A stretch of DNA of 64,000 bases, taken from positions 1,760,001-1,824,000 of the forward strand of contig OZ244717.1 in assembly GCA_965218975.1 (NCBI GenBank), read 5' to 3'. Positions 63,601-64,000 of the stretch are shown one piece after another (position 1 is the stretch's first letter; the number at the start of each line of letters is the position of its first letter). The notes beneath the pieces were generated by a model that searched no databases, was not told the origin of the DNA, and saw only the letters and a list, made by a program, of their open reading frames with translations. The translations under genes were made by a program, and so were the position numbers. This stretch comes from Candidatus Oxydemutatoraceae bacterium (lineage in GTDB: Bacteria; Pseudomonadota; Gammaproteobacteria; Poriferisulfidales; Oxydemutatoraceae).

Positions 63601-64000
63601 AACTCTCCGACACCCAAGAAAGATAATGCGTATACGCCGCTTTCCGTCAACTCGACTTCGTCATCTTCCTGTATAACTATCGCGGCAGTTGCAGTTAATG
63701 AGGACTGCCCCGACGCCAGAACCACATTCTCCGCTAATCCCGTTATGTCAAACTCATTCCCCAGCGTCAAACCCGTACGTAGCCCTCGACTCCCACTTGC
63801 GCGGAAAGTAAACTCAAGCGCTTGATTCTTCTCAAGTACGACCCCGTTCGTGATTTCCACTATAATGTCCGCCGATGCGCCTTCTGCGATGATCTGCGGG
63901 TCAATTGACAACTCCCAGACCGGCTCCGGTTCGTTATCGGTGATAGTGACCGTCGCTTCGAGTTCGGGTATTGTGACTCTTCTGTCTTGGTCTCGCAGCG
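51645..64000 (-). CDS. Giant repetitive surface protein/adhesin (Calx-beta, 6 cadherin-like, FN3, choice-of-anchor-U-like domain, GlyGly-CTERM-like tail); 5' end beyond the window
   Basis: Frame stays open upstream of 63911 (...VTITDNEPEPVWELSIDP); acidic repeats TIIDND and PDYENPADADTDNVY; IEDGSVNDSDGRVNGIIFDPG; GGGGGAVGLWWLLL...KRR. Confidence 0.92.
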   Translation of the reverse strand, partial: LRDQDRRVTIPELEATVTITDNEPEPVWELSIDPQIIAEGASADIIVEITNGVVLEKNQALEFTFRASGSRGLRTGLTLGNEFDITGLAENVVLASGQSSLTATAAIVIQEDDEVELTESGVYALSFLGVGELFSLSTFEIFVLDKDRVAFAVSPDQPLGEGDTLRVLAGTSTQLYVVMRPLNVSEELMALLSIPDDRVTLRSAQFELDATEFTLTSAAPSMPFTVNVPYDAATTGEVTIEVSTAIGDGREGTLSLEPLPVEVVARPFALEFSVDGLSLIAGGVSESFDLSLSAIETPLGIPMLGEDEVLTVAFSYTGEGVMIEPSTATFAQDDLFELIFMEAAVDATTGTLTATVIDTPNAVVELELPIDIVPTVGIFVAPQRMDPLFSGSVGGELVREAFGPFFELRRTDSIGRLEVMVALAGERLGESATRTVTFADGAAVKEFQVDTVEIDGWNPDTTQTATLLPSADYTIAPMAQSAEVTVRDDDLPETVCGFATTRIEVIEGENYRLRVSCATVRDEQLAALSENEFVIIGDIRDGTATAPDDYDYNPQITTSFEIRVVGRGFSRSPDGNGGYIYKGTFIFENVGEGIILVTLEEDNTGFSDRISGNIINAVDEDGLPTKGGFLSTEDDLSAEKNEDFILENLISDSPSRPLRIENDTLTVIIIDNDAVAFALSPDQPIGAGDTAQVLAGASTEVYLVMQTPDGMPAEQSITVTLESTQFELSATEFTLTPTMSSALFTITAPYTAPAIGEVVITSELADEVATLSAPLSVETVARKFTLAFAPDNQTLDVGGSTTVVLSLTANETPLGLSALGEDERLSVEFSYTEAGIMTLSPVMFTAQNMTAEVRLDATLEARPGTLTATITAANATIDPATLTVGVLPEISISPSRLTELENAGRGVFTLRRTGGGDEVLSVDVTVSRPDVRLPLPEGTTRTVTFADGDIFLTGLRPYTFEVTTRTVVFAAGEPTAELPVRIRDNDDPEPAQFITIMLLPGAGYIVSPPASSAVLSVSDDDIIPQTLSFAQTEITINEGEAYPITIFAETLGDILIFGYPGIHIRTMDGSAVSPSDYFGLNITRSGGIFFTLFASGYILSDDGSGYRFRGTFTFENIYAGEGSCVLSATGADGQTDGFGFFPQQGCNPSLLETLPGVQRVLTTEDDLSAEGNEFFILELLPNRGKAITVGAASTLKVTIIDNDAAPGTPTNLAAAVESHQRVELSWEAPADSGTSPINRYEYRASSDGGKVWDPDWTHAADAATRMTVQAVTDLTGGTEYVFEVRAVSAAGGSAPARVTAMTPEEEFRLSFERSAYSAREDDGLVTLMLKITGGRAPRDDITFFVSTQDIGAVAVEDYLPPLFEEVVGPPGFFSPVSADGSEVLRAVYIPIVNDRLGEGKETFMAAVSRATATGSGDTVVIDRSTAMVTIIDDDPLSALDLSIRPASIAEGASAEITVSIREEFLSTTERTVTLEFAGTATRGDEADYTLSVKGAPLLPPFELTLAAEASVVTAMIATLNDAEAEADETIEVTASYAGDAVVRTVTIVDISANVAPAFISAASFDVNEGETVVGTVTAADANIEDEVMYSVTGGADGTLFTIDPSSGELSFATAPNYENPADADTDNVYMLIVTAIGGTGVRALTTTQAITVMVLDVATTITVTAEEPAVTEGEPAVFVFERTDSTDALALTVNITVDDPDGVLAAAAPNTVTFAADSARTVLSLATVIDEAFGVRTVMVTVNDGVDYEVGIENSAEVRVIDVNVAPVFSSAESFEVNEGQTAIGTVTAADANIEDEVMYSVTGGADDALFAIDSSSGELSFATAPDYENAADADTDNVYMLIVTAAGGTDVRALTTTQEITVTVLDVPTTITITADEPMVTEGEPAMFTFSRTDATDALALTVNITVDDPDGVLADAAPGMVTFDAGSARTVLSLATIDDTLEEDDSVVTVTIIDGAGYRIGIENSASVRVVDNDVNVAPAFISAASFDVNEGETVVGTVTAADANPQDEVTYSVTGGADDALFDIDSSSGELSFTTAPDYENPADADTDNVYMLIVTAAGGTGARALTTTQAITVTVLDVPTTITITAAEPTVTEGEPAMFTFSRTDATDAPALTVNITVDDPDGVLAAAAPEMVTFDAGSATAELSLATIDDTLEEDDSTVTVTVGVDDTGFYEVGIENSASVRVVDNDVNVAPAFTSAASFAVNEGETVVGTVTAADANIEDEVMYSVTGDGADDALFAIDSSSGELSFATAPDYENPADADTDNVYMLIVTAAGGTDVRALTTTQAITVTVLDVATTITITADDAEVTEGEPAVFTFSRTDATDAPALTVNITVDDSDGVLAAAAPEMVTFDADSATAELSLATDDDTLEEDDSTVTVTVIGDMDYAVGIENSAEVRVVDNDVNVAPAFTSAASFAVNEGETVVGTVTAADANIEDEVMYSVTGGADDALFAIDSSSGELSFVTAPDFENAADADTDNVYMLIVTAIGGTDARALTTTQEITVTVLDVPTTVTITADKAEVTEGESAVFTFSRTDATDAPALTVNITVDDPARALATALPGMATFDAGSARTVLSLATVIDEAFGVRTVMVTVNDGVGYEVGIENSAEVRVIDVNVAPVFSSAESFEVNEGETVVGTVTAADANIEDEVTYSITNGADQDQFTIDSSSGKLSFVTVPDYENPVDADDTDNVYMLTVTAIGGTDARALTTTQAITVTVLDVPTTITITAEDPTVTEGEPAMFTFTRTDATDALALTVNITVDDSGGVLADAAPDTITFDADSATTVLNLATIDDTLEEDDSTVTVTVNDGVDYAVGIENSAEVRVNDNDGPLTISFVTTEYMVNESDREVRFELRLSDERPLRGNINVDLTASDGSAVLHEDYSPRVSVTIYTPISVLMRTVQYFIIDDDVFETEEFFSLRISGVTTFHSDDEVVTGQGRVATVTIIDDDLPPIWSLDMLPSSVSESRDTVVPIVMRRMHDIDREYPLTLELGGTATFGEDYVITDMQDGPFALPLTFPAPSDRTVVFGLVIMDDAVFEGAETIELRLTTTDPDVTIGSDTTQTITLIDDDTTPVLSLTVGATAINEGALTDIEVGITNESVYAEDQTITLEFAGDAMLEDDYTVMVGDSPLSSPYELTLPAGLSSVTATIMATDDRADEADETITLTARHGTDTIGEVQTVTIIDNDDAPVLSLSVGATEINEGASTDVVVEITNESVFAEDQTITLEFAGEATPEDDYTVMVGDSLLSSPYELTLPAGLSSVSATIMATDDRADEADETITLTARHGADTIGEVQTVTIIDNDDAPVLSLSVGATEINEGASVDITLEITNESVFAEDQTIALEFTGEATPEDDYTVMVGDSLLSSPYELTLPAGLSSVTATIMATDDRADEADETITLTARHGADTIGEVQTVTIIDNDAVPELDLSVSAVTIDEGESIDITLEITNESVFAEDQTITLEFTGTATPEDDYTVSVDGSPLSSPYELTLLAGASSVTATITVTDDTEIEADEAIEITALHGADTIGKKTLTIISDVSPVERIADLTPAVLGNFTPGAVIPSEIERYIVIPGQRNDGASIDATALLVRFNPSLRACIVNDSVASEPSYQFDCDVLSGPLAEDSTVQAPVFGSVLYWADVRDDNGLIVRATSQKIYVAPPLGFASGLQAIASDTASADVLLLTSDDADVPSSINLDFEAGVSPSVPFEDGRGTSTVNIGTLSAGDILRLTAINGVAFSGADSDLNAVTEAMLTMHELFALGNNALRLIEAKEAGINPIESVDPGLSAELIVFDQVTTITLTNDYMVDVFVYSTATAMFELAGMSEDAVRELVIDLSDNELKAVDREGEERVISLEDADFSPYIFQVMMSTNQEVTASIHALGDVADELGMIDADLTLATTGTLLTGFYAYKQADEASVGVARITSNAILNLPPLPDGREVAEVESGVFDFIAADLTGGVATVVVELSAAAQEGSRYYKYQPDDGWTEFNTSSNDRIYSAPAPCPSAQASREPDAGGGLSADYAWRLVSGGVRADDECLLLEIEDGSVNDSDGRVNGIIFDPGALVQFVARVGGGGGAVGLWWLLLFVGIILAAMVLKRRNVRPIRRLLPQRLR
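53400..54770 (-). repeat. Four 351-bp (117-aa) tandem Calx-beta-like repeats
   Basis: Same motif at 53529, 53880, 54231 and 54582. Confidence 0.9.
55500..59343 (-). repeat. Six 633-651-bp tandem units (cadherin-like plus Calx-beta-like domain)
   Basis: Equivalent positions at 55911, 56547, 57189, 57840, 58482 and 59115. Confidence 0.92.

Noticed and set aside
51645-64000. Diversity-generating retroelement acting on the adhesin or array
   Set aside because: No reverse transcriptase in the window, and repeat differences are not adenine-specific

Overview
Chromosomal window from a Gammaproteobacterium; a host-associated, possibly chemoautotrophic lifestyle is an inference from the gene content. 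1-2.1 kb: 5' part of a DUF4011/DUF3320-type helicase gene, an IS481-like remnant, a small coiled-coil membrane gene and tRNA-Ala. 2.2-21.3 kb: conserved housekeeping block (dnaQ, rnhA, YafS-like methyltransferase, peptide ABC transporter, fabI, symporter, ppiD, tRNA-Asp/Val, hupB, lon, clpX, clpP, tig, tRNA-Leu). 21.7-23.5 kb: a 16S rRNA gene with no linked 23S. 23.5-41.9 kb: a 22-gene Ysc/Bsc-like type III secretion cluster with an embedded STAS anti-anti-sigma gene and no sctC/D/E, bracketed by decayed IS481-like elements that carry a repeated 122-bp palindromic module. 42-45.5 kb: PPi-type pfk coupled to cbbQ, then a lipase-like candidate effector. 45.8-48.9 kb: tandem array of 8 module-shuffled DUF1640/CCDC90-like mini-genes; the seven copies that keep a 5' end each have an apparent leaderless promoter. 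48.9-51.6 kb: fully delimited IS1595 element (24-bp IRs, 8-bp TSD) carrying a BglII/BstYI-like restriction-modification pair. 51.6-64 kb: giant (>4100 aa, open at the window edge) Calx-beta/cadherin/FN3 surface protein with a GlyGly-CTERM-like tail. All family calls come from motif recognition, not database searches.
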